The notes below the pieces were generated by a model that saw only the letters and a program-made list of their open reading frames with translations, did no database searches and was not told where the DNA came from. The position numbers were made by a program, and so were the translations under genes. From Thermofilum sp. (GTDB lineage Archaea > Thermoproteota > Thermoprotei > Thermofilales > Thermofilaceae), in contig JAGDWA010000043.1 in the NCBI GenBank assembly GCA_023269735.1, positions 1,587 through 45,604 on the forward strand: DNA of 44,018 nucleotides, given 5' to 3'. This document shows positions 17,349 through 26,544 of the stretch, piece after piece (position 1 is the stretch's first letter; each line of letters begins with the position of its first letter).

Positions 17349-18124
17349 TGCGCTCCGGGGGATCGTGCTGCATCGCTTATATCCGTTTTCCTCCCCAGCT
17401 GCCGCTCGAGCTCCACTATGCGCTCGTAGGCCCCCCTCAGCAGCCCGAGCAGCATCCTCACGTCGGAGTCCGTCGGTGCAGCGCCGCCCAGCAGCCTCCT
17501 CATCATCAGCCGCGCCCTCTCGACCCTCTCCCCCCTCTCCCCCAGCGCGGAGAGGAGCAGCCCCAGGTAGTGCAGCAGCATCTCCACCTCCTCCCTCCTC
17601 GGCAGCTTCTCGCGCAGCCACTGCGGCTGGGGCTGTGCGGCGCGCTTGTAGATCTCGTAGAAGAACACCGCCGCGGCGTGCGAGACGTTCATGATGGGGT
17701 ACTCCGGGTTCGCGGGGATGTACGAAACTATGTCGCAGAGCTTCAGCTCCTCGTTCGTCAACCCTATGTCCTCCCGCCCCAGCACCAGCAGCACCTCGCC
17801 CTCTTGCTCGGCGATCCTCTGGGCCAGCTGGTCCGGGGGCACCCAGCGGCGGACGTGCTCGAGGCCTTTCGTGACGACGCCCGTGGTCCCCACCACCAGG
17901 TCGAACTCCCCCACGACCTCCCCCAGGCTCTGCGCGTAGCGCGCGCCGGCTAGGATCTCCTGGGCGTGGGCCGAGAACCGGTACGCCTCGTCGCCGACCC
18001 TGCACCTGGGCTTCACCAGGATGAGCCTCGTGAGGCCGAAGTTCTTCATGCAGCGGGCCACGTAGCCGACGTTTATCTCGTAGAGGGGCTCCACGAGCGC
18101 CACTGCCACCCTCTCGAGCCTCAC
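17339..18124 (-). CDS. trmJ: SpoU/TrmH-class RNA 2'-O-methyltransferase (TrmJ-like)
   Basis: VALVEPLYEINVGYVARCMKNFGL...LLVLGREDIGLTNEELKLCD...IPANPEYPIMNVSHAAAV is the SPOUT knot motif. It overlaps the rpl10e start by 10 nt. Confidence 0.8.
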   Translation of the reverse strand: MRLERVAVALVEPLYEINVGYVARCMKNFGLTRLILVKPRCRVGDEAYRFSAHAQEILAGARYAQSLGEVVGEFDLVVGTTGVVTKGLEHVRRWVPPDQLAQRIAEQEGEVLLVLGREDIGLTNEELKLCDIVSYIPANPEYPIMNVSHAAAVFFYEIYKRAAQPQPQWLREKLPRREEVEMLLHYLGLLLSALGERGERVERARLMMRRLLGGAAPTDSDVRMLLGLLRGAYERIVELERQLGRKTDISDAARSPGAQCR

Positions 18125-18301
18125 GATGGGCTCGTGGGAGCCGAGCTCAAAATGCTTCGCTCAGCGTGCCGGCGTCGGCCGAGACAGGTCAGGTCACGGA
18201 TCCCCCCGTCTCTTCCTCGTCATCCGCCGGGGGGCCGGAGCACGCAACTATTTAAGCGTCAGCGCGCGCTCGGGCACGGGCGCTGGCGGAGGCGGGGCGG
18301 G

Positions 18302-20092
18302 ATGCAGGGGGCTGAGCTCAGGTCGCCGATCCTGGTGGTCCTGGGCCACGTGGACGTGGGGAAGACGACGCTCCTGGACAAGATCAGGGGTACGGCCGTC
18401 GCCAAGAGGGAGCCGGGCACGATGACCCAGCACATAGGCGCGTCCTACCTCCCCTGGAGCGCGCTCGAGGAGATGTGCGCGCCCCTGGCCAAGGGCCTGC
18501 GCGCGACCGTGAAGATACCGGGCTTCCTCGTCATAGACACCCCGGGCCACGAGGCCTTCTCGAACCTCAGGAGCCGCGGGGGCAGCGTGGCCGACCTAGC
18601 GATCTTAGTGGTCGACGTGAACAAGGGCTTCGAGAGGCAGACGTACGAGGCACTCGAGCTGCTGAAGGCCAGGCGCGTGCCGTTCATCGTCGCGGCCAAC
18701 AAGGTGGACAAGATACCCGGGTGGGAGCCCCACCCGGGCGAGCCCTTCGTCCACAGCTTCGCCAAGCAGGACGCGTACGTCCAGATGAAGCTGGAGGAGC
18801 TCCTCTCCCGCATAGTGGTCGAGCTGAATAGGGAGGGCTTCAGCGCCGACAGGTACGACAGGGTGAGGGACTTCGCGCGGACGGTGGCCATAGTCCCGAT
18901 CAGCGCGCTGACGGGCGAGGGGATCCCCGACCTCATGCTGGTGCTGGCCGGCCTGGCGCAGAAGTACCTGATCGACCGCCTGCGCGTGGCCGAAGGGCCC
19001 GCCAGGGGGGTCGTGCTGGAGGTCAAGCAGGTGACGGGCCTCGGAACCGCGGTCGTCGCGATACTCTACGATGGGGTCCTGCGGAGGGGTGATACCATAG
19101 TGGTCGGGGGGCTCGAGAAGCCGGTGGTGACGCGGGTGCGCGCGCTCCTCATGCCCAAGCCCCTGGACGAGATGCGCTCCCCCGAGGACCGCTTCTACTC
19201 GGCCGAGGAGGTGAGGGCGGCGGCGGGGGTGCTGGTGGTCGCCCCCGACCTGGAGGGGGCGGTCGCGGGCGCCCCGCTCCTGGCGGCCAGCAGCGACACC
19301 GAAGTCGAGAGGCTGGTGAGGGAGGTGGCGGAGGAGGTCAAGGCGGTGAAGATCGCCCGCGACATCGTGGGGGTGGTGGTCAAGGCCGACACCCTCGGCA
19401 CGCTCGAGGCCCTCGTGAGCTACATGCGGAGGGCGGCGATTCCCATCAGGTACGCGGACGTGGGTCCGGTCGTCAGGAGGGACGTAGTGGAGGCCTCCGT
19501 CGTCAGGGGCCAGGACCGCTTGAGGGCGGTCATCCTGGCGTTCAACGTGAGAGTCACGGAGGAGGCCGAGGAGGAGGCCAAGGCCAGGGGGGTCAGGATA
19601 TTTCAGAGCAACGTCATCTACCACCTCGTCGACGAGTACCTGAAGTGGTACGAGGCGGAGAGGGAGAGGGAGAGGAGGGAGGAGTGGTCCCGCATGGTCC
19701 TGCCGGGGAAAGTGAAGATACTGCCCGGCTACGTGTTCAGGAGGAGCGACCCCGCCATCGTGGGGGTCGCGGTGCTCGCCGGCAGGATCCGCCGCGGCTA
19801 CCCGCTGGTGACCAGGGACGGCAGGAGCGTCGGCGAGGTTATGCAGATCCAGGTCCACAAGAAGGCCGTCGATGAAGCCGCGAAGGGCCAGGAGGTGGCG
19901 ATCTCGATCCGGGGCAGGGTCATCGTGGGCAGGCATGTTAAGGAGGGCGACGTCCTGTACGTGGACGTGCCGCTCGAGCAGATCGACAGGCTGCTCGAGA
20001 AGTACGCGAGCGACCTCAGCGAGGAGGAGGTCGCGCTGCTGAAGAGCCTCAGGGCCTTCAAGCTCGGCCTCCTGAGCAGCCTGCCGCCGTAG
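18302..20092 (+). CDS. infB: translation initiation factor aIF-5B (IF-2 family GTPase)
   Basis: SPILVVLGHVDVGKTTLLDKIRGT (G1), DTPGHEAF and NKVD. ATG 18302 lies inside track ORF 17966..20092 and gives 596 aa, typical for aIF5B. Confidence 0.9.
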   Translation: MQGAELRSPILVVLGHVDVGKTTLLDKIRGTAVAKREPGTMTQHIGASYLPWSALEEMCAPLAKGLRATVKIPGFLVIDTPGHEAFSNLRSRGGSVADLAILVVDVNKGFERQTYEALELLKARRVPFIVAANKVDKIPGWEPHPGEPFVHSFAKQDAYVQMKLEELLSRIVVELNREGFSADRYDRVRDFARTVAIVPISALTGEGIPDLMLVLAGLAQKYLIDRLRVAEGPARGVVLEVKQVTGLGTAVVAILYDGVLRRGDTIVVGGLEKPVVTRVRALLMPKPLDEMRSPEDRFYSAEEVRAAAGVLVVAPDLEGAVAGAPLLAASSDTEVERLVREVAEEVKAVKIARDIVGVVVKADTLGTLEALVSYMRRAAIPIRYADVGPVVRRDVVEASVVRGQDRLRAVILAFNVRVTEEAEEEAKARGVRIFQSNVIYHLVDEYLKWYEAERERERREEWSRMVLPGKVKILPGYVFRRSDPAIVGVAVLAGRIRRGYPLVTRDGRSVGEVMQIQVHKKAVDEAAKGQEVAISIRGRVIVGRHVKEGDVLYVDVPLEQIDRLLEKYASDLSEEEVALLKSLRAFKLGLLSSLPP

Positions 20093-20128
20093 GTGGCGCC
20101 CCCTACAGGCCGTCCTGCCTGCACACAA

Positions 20129-20138
20129 GCTTAAATAC
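20129..20138 (+). promoter_or_regulatory. TATA box of the rps6e-eif2g operon
   Basis: GCTTAAATAC is centred about 26 nt upstream of ATG 20159, consistent with a leaderless transcript. Confidence 0.5.
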
Positions 20139-20158
20139 GACTGCACGGGGGACCTTCG

Positions 20159-20512
20159 ATGCCGACCTTCAAGGTCGTCATATCGAACCCCAAGACCGGG
20201 CGGGCGGAGCAGGTGGAGGTGAGCGGTGAGGCGGCGGCCAGGCTGCTCGGGCTGAAGATCGGGGACGTCTTCGACGGCAGCATCGTCGGGAAGCCGGGGC
20301 TCAAGCTGAAGATAACCGGGGGGTCGGGGAAGGCCGGGGAGCCGATGCTGCCCTTCCTGCCCGGCGGAGCCAAGCGGTACGTGCTCCTCTCCGGTCCACC
20401 CGGCTTCCACCCCCGGGATAGGGGTGAGCGGAGGCGGAAGTTCGTCAGGGGCAACATGATAACCGAGGACATAGTCCAAGTTAACACGGTGATCGTGGAG
20501 GGGGGCGAGTAG
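20159..20512 (+). CDS. rps6e: 30S ribosomal protein S6e
   Basis: MPTFKVVISNPKTGRAEQVEV...GLKLKITGGSGKAGEPM...KRYVLLSGPPGF...RRRKFVRGN is the S6e pattern. Confidence 0.9.
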   Translation: MPTFKVVISNPKTGRAEQVEVSGEAAARLLGLKIGDVFDGSIVGKPGLKLKITGGSGKAGEPMLPFLPGGAKRYVLLSGPPGFHPRDRGERRRKFVRGNMITEDIVQVNTVIVEGGE

Positions 20513-20515
20513 GCT

Positions 20516-21775
20516 GTGGAGGACGTAGCGCTGCGCCAGCCCCTGGTCAACATCGGCACGGCCGGTCACGTGGACCACGGCAAGACGACGCTCGTCGAGG
20601 CCCTCACCGGGGTCTGGACCTCGCGCTACTCTGAGGAGCTGAAGAGGGGCATCACGATAAAGCTCGGCTACGCCGACACCACCGTGTACAAGTGCCCCGT
20701 GTGCCCGCCGCCGCAGGCCTACTACACCTCGGCCACCGCTCCGCCCGACCGCAGGTGCAAGTACTGCGGCAGCGAGCTCGTGCCCGTGCGGAAGATATCC
20801 TTCGTCGACGTGCCGGGGCACGAGATGCTGATGGTCATCATGCTGGTCGGCACTGCGTTGATGGACGGCGTGCTGCTGGTGGTCGACGCGTCGCAGCCGT
20901 GTCCCCGGCCTCAGACGAGGGAGCACTTCGTCGCCCTCATGCACGCCGGCGTCAGGAACATCATCGTCATCCAGAACAAGATCGACTTGGTGACGAAGGA
21001 GCGGGCTAAGGAGAGCTACGAGGAGATCCGCGAGTTCCTAGCGGGGACCTGGGCGGAGAAGGCGCCGGTGATCCCCGTCTCGGCGCTCCACAGGGTGAAC
21101 ATCGACGCCCTCATCTGGGCCATCGAGGAGTTCATCCCCACGCCGAAGAAGGACGTCGATAAGCCCCCGCTCATGCTCGTGGCCCGGAGCTTCGACATCA
21201 ACAAGCCGGGGACGCCCGTTGAGGAGCTCAGGGGCGGCGTGCTGGGGGGGATGCTGGTCCAGGGCAGGCTCGAGGTGGGCGACGAGATCGAGATCCGGCC
21301 GGGGGTGAAGATCCAGCAGAGGCGCGGCGAGGTGAGGTACGAGCCAGTGGTGACCGAGGTGACCAGCCTGAGGTCCGGGGACCAGGAGCTCGAGGTGGCG
21401 TACCCGGGCGGCCTCATCGGCGTCGGGACGAAGCTCGACCCCAGCCTGACGAAGGGGGACAACCTGATGGGGTGCGTCGTGGGGCGGCCGGGCGAGATGC
21501 CCCCGATACTGACGGAGATGGACGTGGAGTACCAGCTGCTCGAGCGAGTCGTCGGGTTCGAGAGGGAGACGCGCGTGGAGCCGCTGAGGAAGGGCGAGCC
21601 CCTCATGGTCAACGTGGGCACTGCGGTCTCCATTGGCATAGTCACGGCGGTCAGGGGCGACACCGTCCACCTGGCGCTCAGGGCGCCAGTGGCGGCTTAC
21701 CCCGGTTCGCGGGTTGCCTTCAGCCGCCAGATAGAGGGCAGGTGGCGCTTAGTCGGCTACGGCGTGATTCGCTAG
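20516..21775 (+). CDS. eif2g: translation initiation factor aIF-2 gamma subunit
   Basis: NIGTAGHVDHGKTTLVEALTG, zinc knuckle CPVC...CKYCG, DVPGH and QNKIDL. The GTG start is 3 nt after the S6e stop. Confidence 0.9.
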   Translation: MEDVALRQPLVNIGTAGHVDHGKTTLVEALTGVWTSRYSEELKRGITIKLGYADTTVYKCPVCPPPQAYYTSATAPPDRRCKYCGSELVPVRKISFVDVPGHEMLMVIMLVGTALMDGVLLVVDASQPCPRPQTREHFVALMHAGVRNIIVIQNKIDLVTKERAKESYEEIREFLAGTWAEKAPVIPVSALHRVNIDALIWAIEEFIPTPKKDVDKPPLMLVARSFDINKPGTPVEELRGGVLGGMLVQGRLEVGDEIEIRPGVKIQQRRGEVRYEPVVTEVTSLRSGDQELEVAYPGGLIGVGTKLDPSLTKGDNLMGCVVGRPGEMPPILTEMDVEYQLLERVVGFERETRVEPLRKGEPLMVNVGTAVSIGIVTAVRGDTVHLALRAPVAAYPGSRVAFSRQIEGRWRLVGYGVIR

Positions 21776-21822
21776 GCTGCAGCACTCGCGCCGGAGCAGC
21801 TAGGCCTCCGAGCTCCCCCAAC

Positions 21823-22584
21823 CTACAGCATGCCAGCGGCCCGGAAGAAGCTCGCGATGAACCAAGTCGCGGCCAGGAACGCTGCAGAGCCCGCTGCCGT
21901 GCGCTTCCAGCTCAGATCCCCCACCTTCCTGAACGCGAGGCCGGTCAGAAGCACGCTCCAGGCGGTTCCGAAGTAGCTCGCGGCGTCCAGCACGAGCGGC
22001 AGCCTGACCCCGATCGCCGAGGAGGTTACGTCGAGCCTGTACTCGTAGGCCGCCCACGCCAGGGTCTGGGGGTACGCCCCGCGCACAACGATCAGCCTCA
22101 CGTGCGGGGTGATCAGGTTGACCAGAGCGTAGGAGGCGCAGTAGACGGCGAAGGTCGCCAGCGACGATGAGAGGATGTAGCCCACCGCGGAGAACACCGT
22201 GAAGCCCTCAACCCGCGACCCCAGCAGGTACATCACGAGCCAGCAGATCACGAACGCAATGAACCAGAAGACGAACAAGGCCGCGGCCCTCAGAGAGACG
22301 AAGGCGGCTAGCGTGGAGTAGAATCTGGCTAGAAGCTCCTCCGGAGCGCCCCCCGAAACTTCGTACACGCCACGCACTAGCTGCTCGCCGCTCAGCGTCT
22401 GGAGGGCGAGGCCAGCTGCTAGGAGCAGGGCGGGCGGCAGCGCGTCAGGCGCAAGCTTGACCTCCTCGAATAGCTCCACCGGCCTGATGTACAGCTGGTA
22501 GAGCCTGCGCGCCGTCCTCCGCAGGGCCCTCGCGGTGTAGAGGGCGATGGCCCTCGCGGCAGCAGCTACAGACCTGAGCCTCAA
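21823..22584 (-). CDS. multi-pass membrane protein (Yip1-like?)
   Basis: 253-aa ORF with about five hydrophobic helices. Its TTG start overlaps the upstream stop (TTGA). The family assignment is tentative. Confidence 0.55.
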   Translation of the reverse strand: MRLRSVAAAARAIALYTARALRRTARRLYQLYIRPVELFEEVKLAPDALPPALLLAAGLALQTLSGEQLVRGVYEVSGGAPEELLARFYSTLAAFVSLRAAALFVFWFIAFVICWLVMYLLGSRVEGFTVFSAVGYILSSSLATFAVYCASYALVNLITPHVRLIVVRGAYPQTLAWAAYEYRLDVTSSAIGVRLPLVLDAASYFGTAWSVLLTGLAFRKVGDLSWKRTAAGSAAFLAATWFIASFFRAAGML

Positions 22585-22823
22585 ACTCCCACCAGGGTGG
22601 TCGTGTGCTCCACGCCGCCGATCTTGCGGATGGCGCTCACGACTCTGTCGAGCTCACCCAGGGAGTCGACCTCCACGATCACCACCGCGTCCCAGGCCCC
22701 GTAGGTTATGTAGGTCTCCTTCACGCCGGGTATCTCCCTTATCCTGGCTACCACGTCGTACTCCATCCCGGTCTTTATCGTGGCCAGCACGAACGCGAGC
22801 ACTGGCCGCCTCAAGCCCCTCAT
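22581..22823 (-). CDS. stand-alone Lrp/AsnC ligand-binding (RAM) domain protein
   Basis: 80 aa: [83 protein letters not shown] 22823 lies about 23 nt after GCTAAAATCC (22841-22850). Confidence 0.7.
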   Translation of the reverse strand: MRGLRRPVLAFVLATIKTGMEYDVVARIREIPGVKETYITYGAWDAVVIVEVDSLGELDRVVSAIRKIGGVEHTTTLVGV

Positions 22824-22880
22824 AGCCTCCTCGCGCTCCCGGATTTTAGCTTTCCTTCCCGCCCCGCCGGCAAGAGACAG

Positions 22881-22890
22881 GCATATAACG
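22881..22890 (+). promoter_or_regulatory. TATA-like box for rfcS
   Basis: GCATATAACG lies about 33 nt upstream of ATG 22918. Confidence 0.45.
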
Positions 22891-22917
22891 TCGGGGGTGA
22901 AGCCACTGCCGGTGGGC

Positions 22918-23928
22918 ATGGCCGCGGAGCGAGCCCCCGAGCTCTGGGTTGAGAAGTACAGGCCTCGCACGCTGGACGAGATGGTGGACCAGAAGGAGAT
23001 CGTGGCGCGCCTCAAGGAGTTCGTCAAGGAGAAGAACATCCCCCACCTCCTCTTCGTGGGGCCCCCCGGCACCGGCAAGACTACCGCCGCGCTGTGCGTC
23101 GCGTACGAGCTCTACGGCGAGCGGTGGCGCGACAACACCCTCGAGCTAAACGCGTCCGACGAGCGCGGGATCGACGTGATCAGGACGAGGATCAAGGAGT
23201 ACGCGAGGACGATGCCCGTGGGCGAGGTCCCCTACAAGCTCATAATCCTGGACGAGGCGGACAACATGACGGGCGACGCCCAGCAGGCCCTCCGCAGGAC
23301 GATGGAGCTGTTCTCGAGGACCGCCCGCTTCATCCTGATAGCCAACTACGCCTCCAAGATCATCGAGCCGATACAGTCGAGGTGCGCGATCTTCAGGTTT
23401 CAGCCGATCCCGAAGGAGGACTTCGTGGGCCGCCTCAGGTACATCGCTGAGCGCGAGGGGGTAGAAGCTACCGAGGACGCGCTCGAGGCCATCTGGGAGG
23501 AGAGCGCCGGGGACATGAGGAAGGCGATCAACACGCTTCAAGCGGCGGCTGCCATTGGCAAGGTGGTCGACGCCGACGCCGTCTACAAGGCGCTGGGGAA
23601 GGTCACGCCCAGCGAGGTCAGGGAGATGATCAAGCTGGCGCTCGCCGGAGACTTCCTGGGCGCGAGGGAGAAGCTCAGGGCCCTGCTGTACCTCTACGGG
23701 CTCTCCGGCGTGGACGTGGTGAAGCTCATCCACAGGGAGGTGGTCTCGGCCAGGGGGGGCCTGGAGCTCAGCGACAGGCTGAGGCTGGAGCTGCTGGAGC
23801 TGATAGGGGAGGTGAACTACAGGCTGGTGGAGGGTGCCGACGACGAGATACAGCTCAACGCACTGCTGGCTAAGCTCGCCCTCGCGGGGAAGGGGGCTAG
23901 CGGCCTCAAGGCTGCCGGGAGCGCCTGA
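22918..23928 (+). CDS. rfcS: replication factor C small subunit
   Basis: [21 protein letters not shown], Walker [19 protein letters not shown] and the SRC motif ([10 protein letters not shown]). 336 aa with no intein. Confidence 0.9.
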   Translation: MAAERAPELWVEKYRPRTLDEMVDQKEIVARLKEFVKEKNIPHLLFVGPPGTGKTTAALCVAYELYGERWRDNTLELNASDERGIDVIRTRIKEYARTMPVGEVPYKLIILDEADNMTGDAQQALRRTMELFSRTARFILIANYASKIIEPIQSRCAIFRFQPIPKEDFVGRLRYIAEREGVEATEDALEAIWEESAGDMRKAINTLQAAAAIGKVVDADAVYKALGKVTPSEVREMIKLALAGDFLGAREKLRALLYLYGLSGVDVVKLIHREVVSARGGLELSDRLRLELLELIGEVNYRLVEGADDEIQLNALLAKLALAGKGASGLKAAGSA

Positions 23929-25126
23929 GGTCGTCGCGGATCATAGAGAGGAGCTCGCGCTCCAGGGCTTGCAGCGGTATCGCCGGCAGCCCGATGAGGG
24001 TGGTCTTCCCCCGCTGGCCCCGCCCGGACTTCTTGGCCGTCACGACCCCCATCCTCTTCAAGTTCTGCACGTACTCCCACACAGTCGTGTGCCGCTTGGG
24101 GGGCACGCCGTACTCCTCGCAGACCTCGTAGTACTCCATCTCCAGCAGCCCCATGGGGACCTCGCTGACGAACTTCTTCCTCTGAAGCAGCCTGGCCAGC
24201 GCGAGCAGCAGCAGCTTCTCCTCGAGCTTCAGGTTCTGCAGGACCTCCCTCGGGAAGGGCATGATGTCGCTGTAGGCCCTCCTTACGTCCTCGGGCAGGA
24301 TCGAGGCCCTGTCCTCGCTCTCTGCGTACTTCCCGGCCCTGTATAGGAGCTCCAGCGCGAGCCTCGCGTCCCCCCTGCCGCCCTTGTCGTAGCCGACGAG
24401 CTCCGCTATCATCTCGATGACCTCGTCGCTCACGGCCGACTCGTGCAAGGCCCCCTCCTCCAGGACCCTGCGCCACAGTATGTCGGCCAGCTGCTCGGAG
24501 GTGTACGGGTAGAAGCGCACGACGTTGTGCTGCAGCGTGCTCTGTATCGAGGGCTCCAGCATCAGGGTCTTCAGGTCCCGGAAGACGAACATCAGGCTGA
24601 TCCTGTGGACGGTGTCGCCAGCCACCTCGCTTAGCCTAGTCAGGTTGTACAGGGCGTTGTCCCTTCCGGTGGCTACGTAGTCGGCCTCATCGATCGTCAC
24701 GACCATGTACTTCTCGGAGTTCTTGAGGTGGCTCCAGATCATGTAGAGTAGCTCCTCGCTGGAGTACCCGCGGCGCGGCACGTTGAGGCCGAGGTCCCTC
24801 CCCATCTTCTGGAGGATCGAGAAGAAGGAGCGGTTGGCGTGACAGTTCACGTAGGAGTACTTGATGGTCGCCCCGCCCCTCGTCCTCAGCCCGTCGATGC
24901 TCTCGCCGAACTTCCTCGCGACCGCCGTCTTCCCCGTCCCCACGTCACCCACCAAGATCACCCGCACGAAGATCGAGCCGGGGTTCGCTAGGAAGTGCCT
25001 GAAGTACTCCCTCAGCAGCTTCAGCTGCTCCTCCCTGTGGGGCAGGCTCTTCGGGATGTAATCTGGCTGCAGCTTGCTCTCGTCCTTGAATATCTTGCTG
25101 CCCAGCCAAAGCCCTTCCCGGCTCAT
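23906..25126 (-). CDS. cdc6: Orc1/Cdc6 replication initiator
   Basis: [17 protein letters not shown], Walker [12 protein letters not shown], Walker [10 protein letters not shown] and a C-terminal winged helix. There is a convergent 23-nt overlap with rfcS. Confidence 0.9.
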   Translation of the reverse strand: MSREGLWLGSKIFKDESKLQPDYIPKSLPHREEQLKLLREYFRHFLANPGSIFVRVILVGDVGTGKTAVARKFGESIDGLRTRGGATIKYSYVNCHANRSFFSILQKMGRDLGLNVPRRGYSSEELLYMIWSHLKNSEKYMVVTIDEADYVATGRDNALYNLTRLSEVAGDTVHRISLMFVFRDLKTLMLEPSIQSTLQHNVVRFYPYTSEQLADILWRRVLEEGALHESAVSDEVIEMIAELVGYDKGGRGDARLALELLYRAGKYAESEDRASILPEDVRRAYSDIMPFPREVLQNLKLEEKLLLLALARLLQRKKFVSEVPMGLLEMEYYEVCEEYGVPPKRHTTVWEYVQNLKRMGVVTAKKSGRGQRGKTTLIGLPAIPLQALERELLSMIRDDLRRSRQP

Positions 25127-25189
25127 GTTCGCTACCCTGGCGGGGTCACCTCAAGCTGAGCACCGGAGATTTAAGAGTTGTCAGGCCCG

Positions 25190-25672
25190 CTAGACGGCGA
25201 GTAAGGCCCGGTAGCCCCCCTCGGGGGCCGGGAGGAGCAGGAGCCGGGCGCGGACCCCCGCCGCGTCGAAGAGGCCCAGGCTGCGCAGGGCCGCGCGCGC
25301 TGCAGCCTCGACCTTCCGCCTCTCCGCGAGCCCCCTCGCCCGCACCTCAACGCTGCTCACCTTAAGCCCGGTGCGCGCTGCTCGGGCGAAGAGCTCCTCG
25401 AGGGCCTCCTCCAGGCCCCCCTCGCTGTGAGCGACGATTCTCCTCACGCGCAGGATGCTCCTCACCGGGTACCGCTTCAGGAGCTCCAGCAGCTCGCCGG
25501 CCCCCAGCCCGCTGTAGACCAGTATCATGCCCTCGAGAACCTCCAGCTTGAGCCCCCTGTCGTGAGGGTACAGGGCGTCCATCAGATCCCTAGCGACTCG
25601 CCGCTCGCTCCCCCGCGCGACGCTGATGGCGAGTCTTGGGCCGGCCCCCGCGGCGGAGCCCGCTGGGTGCAC
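25190..25672 (-). CDS. THUMP-like putative RNA-binding protein
   Basis: RLAISVARGSERRVARDLMDAL...GMILVYS...RSILRVRRIV resembles archaeal stand-alone THUMP/Tan1-like proteins. The call is weak and based on memory. Confidence 0.5.
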   Translation of the reverse strand: MHPAGSAAGAGPRLAISVARGSERRVARDLMDALYPHDRGLKLEVLEGMILVYSGLGAGELLELLKRYPVRSILRVRRIVAHSEGGLEEALEELFARAARTGLKVSSVEVRARGLAERRKVEAAARAALRSLGLFDAAGVRARLLLLPAPEGGYRALLAV

Positions 25673-25695
25673 AGCGCGCCGGCGCGCGCAGCTGC

Positions 25696-25706
25696 AATAT
25701 ATAAGG
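25696..25706. promoter_or_regulatory. shared TATA box (AATATATAAGG) between divergent genes
   Basis: It lies about 29 nt from minus-strand GTG 25672 and about 34 nt from plus-strand TTG 25735. Confidence 0.45.
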
Positions 25707-25734
25707 CTCGGCCCCGCAGCGGCCCCGAGGGGCC

Positions 25735-26541
25735 TTGAGGCTCGCCCTCCCGGTCAGGGGCGCGGTGCTGGAGCTGGAGGTGACCGTGTGCAGGGTGGCC
25801 GACCTGCTCCCCCACGAGGAGGTGGTGGCGGACTACCTCGAGCGGCTCAAGCGCGCCCTGTCGGCCAGCGCCTACCAGCACAACCCCGTGGTGGTGGACG
25901 CGCAGAGCAACGTGATACTCGACGGCACTCACCGCTGGGCGGCCATGAGGGACCTGGGCTTCGAGTGGATAGCGGCCTGCAAGGTGGACTACTCCAACCC
26001 GCTCGTGGAGCTGGACTCGTGGGCCCGGGCCTACCCCCCAGCGGACGGCCCCGCTCGGCGCCTGCTGGAGCGGCTCGGGGCCAGCCCCCTTGGCACCCCG
26101 TCCGTGAGCGAGTCGAGCCTGGCGGTGGTCGGCGCGGGCTGGGGCTACGAGATCGCCTACAGCGACTTGGCGGACGCCTTCCGCAGGCTGCGCGAGCTGG
26201 AGCGGGAGCTCCAGCTGCTGACTGGGCGGGCCCCGACTTACGTGCCCCGCTCCAGCTGGGAGCGCTACGCGCGGGGGGCCCTGCTCCTGCTCCCCCCGAA
26301 GCCCAGCAAGGCGGAGGTGGTCAGGGCTGCGCGGGAGGGCCGGCTGCTCCCGCCGAAGTCGACGAGGCACGTGATACCGGCGAGGCCTGTGCGCGTCAAC
26401 GTCCCGCTGAAGCTGCTCAGGAGCCGCCACCTCGACCCGGCCCTCGTGGACGAGCTGCTCAAGCAGAAGAGAATGTTCCTGCTCGAGCCCCCAGTGGTGC
26501 TGGACAGGGAGTACCAGGAGCTCCTGCTCCTCTTCGCGTAG
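25735..26541 (+). CDS. ParB/sulfiredoxin-fold (ParB N-terminal domain) protein
   Basis: VADLLPHEEVVADYLERLKRAL...NPVVVDAQSNVILDGTHRWAAMRDLG is the ParB-type DGxHR box. The C-terminal ~170 aa are unassigned. The start is uncertain (TTG 25735 or downstream GTGs). Confidence 0.7.
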   Translation: MRLALPVRGAVLELEVTVCRVADLLPHEEVVADYLERLKRALSASAYQHNPVVVDAQSNVILDGTHRWAAMRDLGFEWIAACKVDYSNPLVELDSWARAYPPADGPARRLLERLGASPLGTPSVSESSLAVVGAGWGYEIAYSDLADAFRRLRELERELQLLTGRAPTYVPRSSWERYARGALLLLPPKPSKAEVVRAAREGRLLPPKSTRHVIPARPVRVNVPLKLLRSRHLDPALVDELLKQKRMFLLEPPVVLDREYQELLLLFA

Positions 26542-26544
26542 CAG

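Noticed and set aside
16821-20092. Over-long track ORFs 16821..18005 (394 aa) and 17966..20092 (708 aa).
   Set aside because: Only the 3' portions match L10e (from ATG 17348) and aIF5B (from ATG 18302). The upstream extensions are R/G/A-rich and overlap the trmJ gene or its promoter.
25127-25734. Possible replication origin adjacent to orc1/cdc6.
   Set aside because: The flanking spacers (25127-25189 and 25673-25734) are only about 60 nt long. They contain just TATA-like promoter boxes. I could find no extended AT-rich unwinding element and no repeated ORB / mini-ORB (TCCA…TGGA-type) motifs. An origin may lie elsewhere, and this cannot be settled without genome-wide skew or marker-frequency data.
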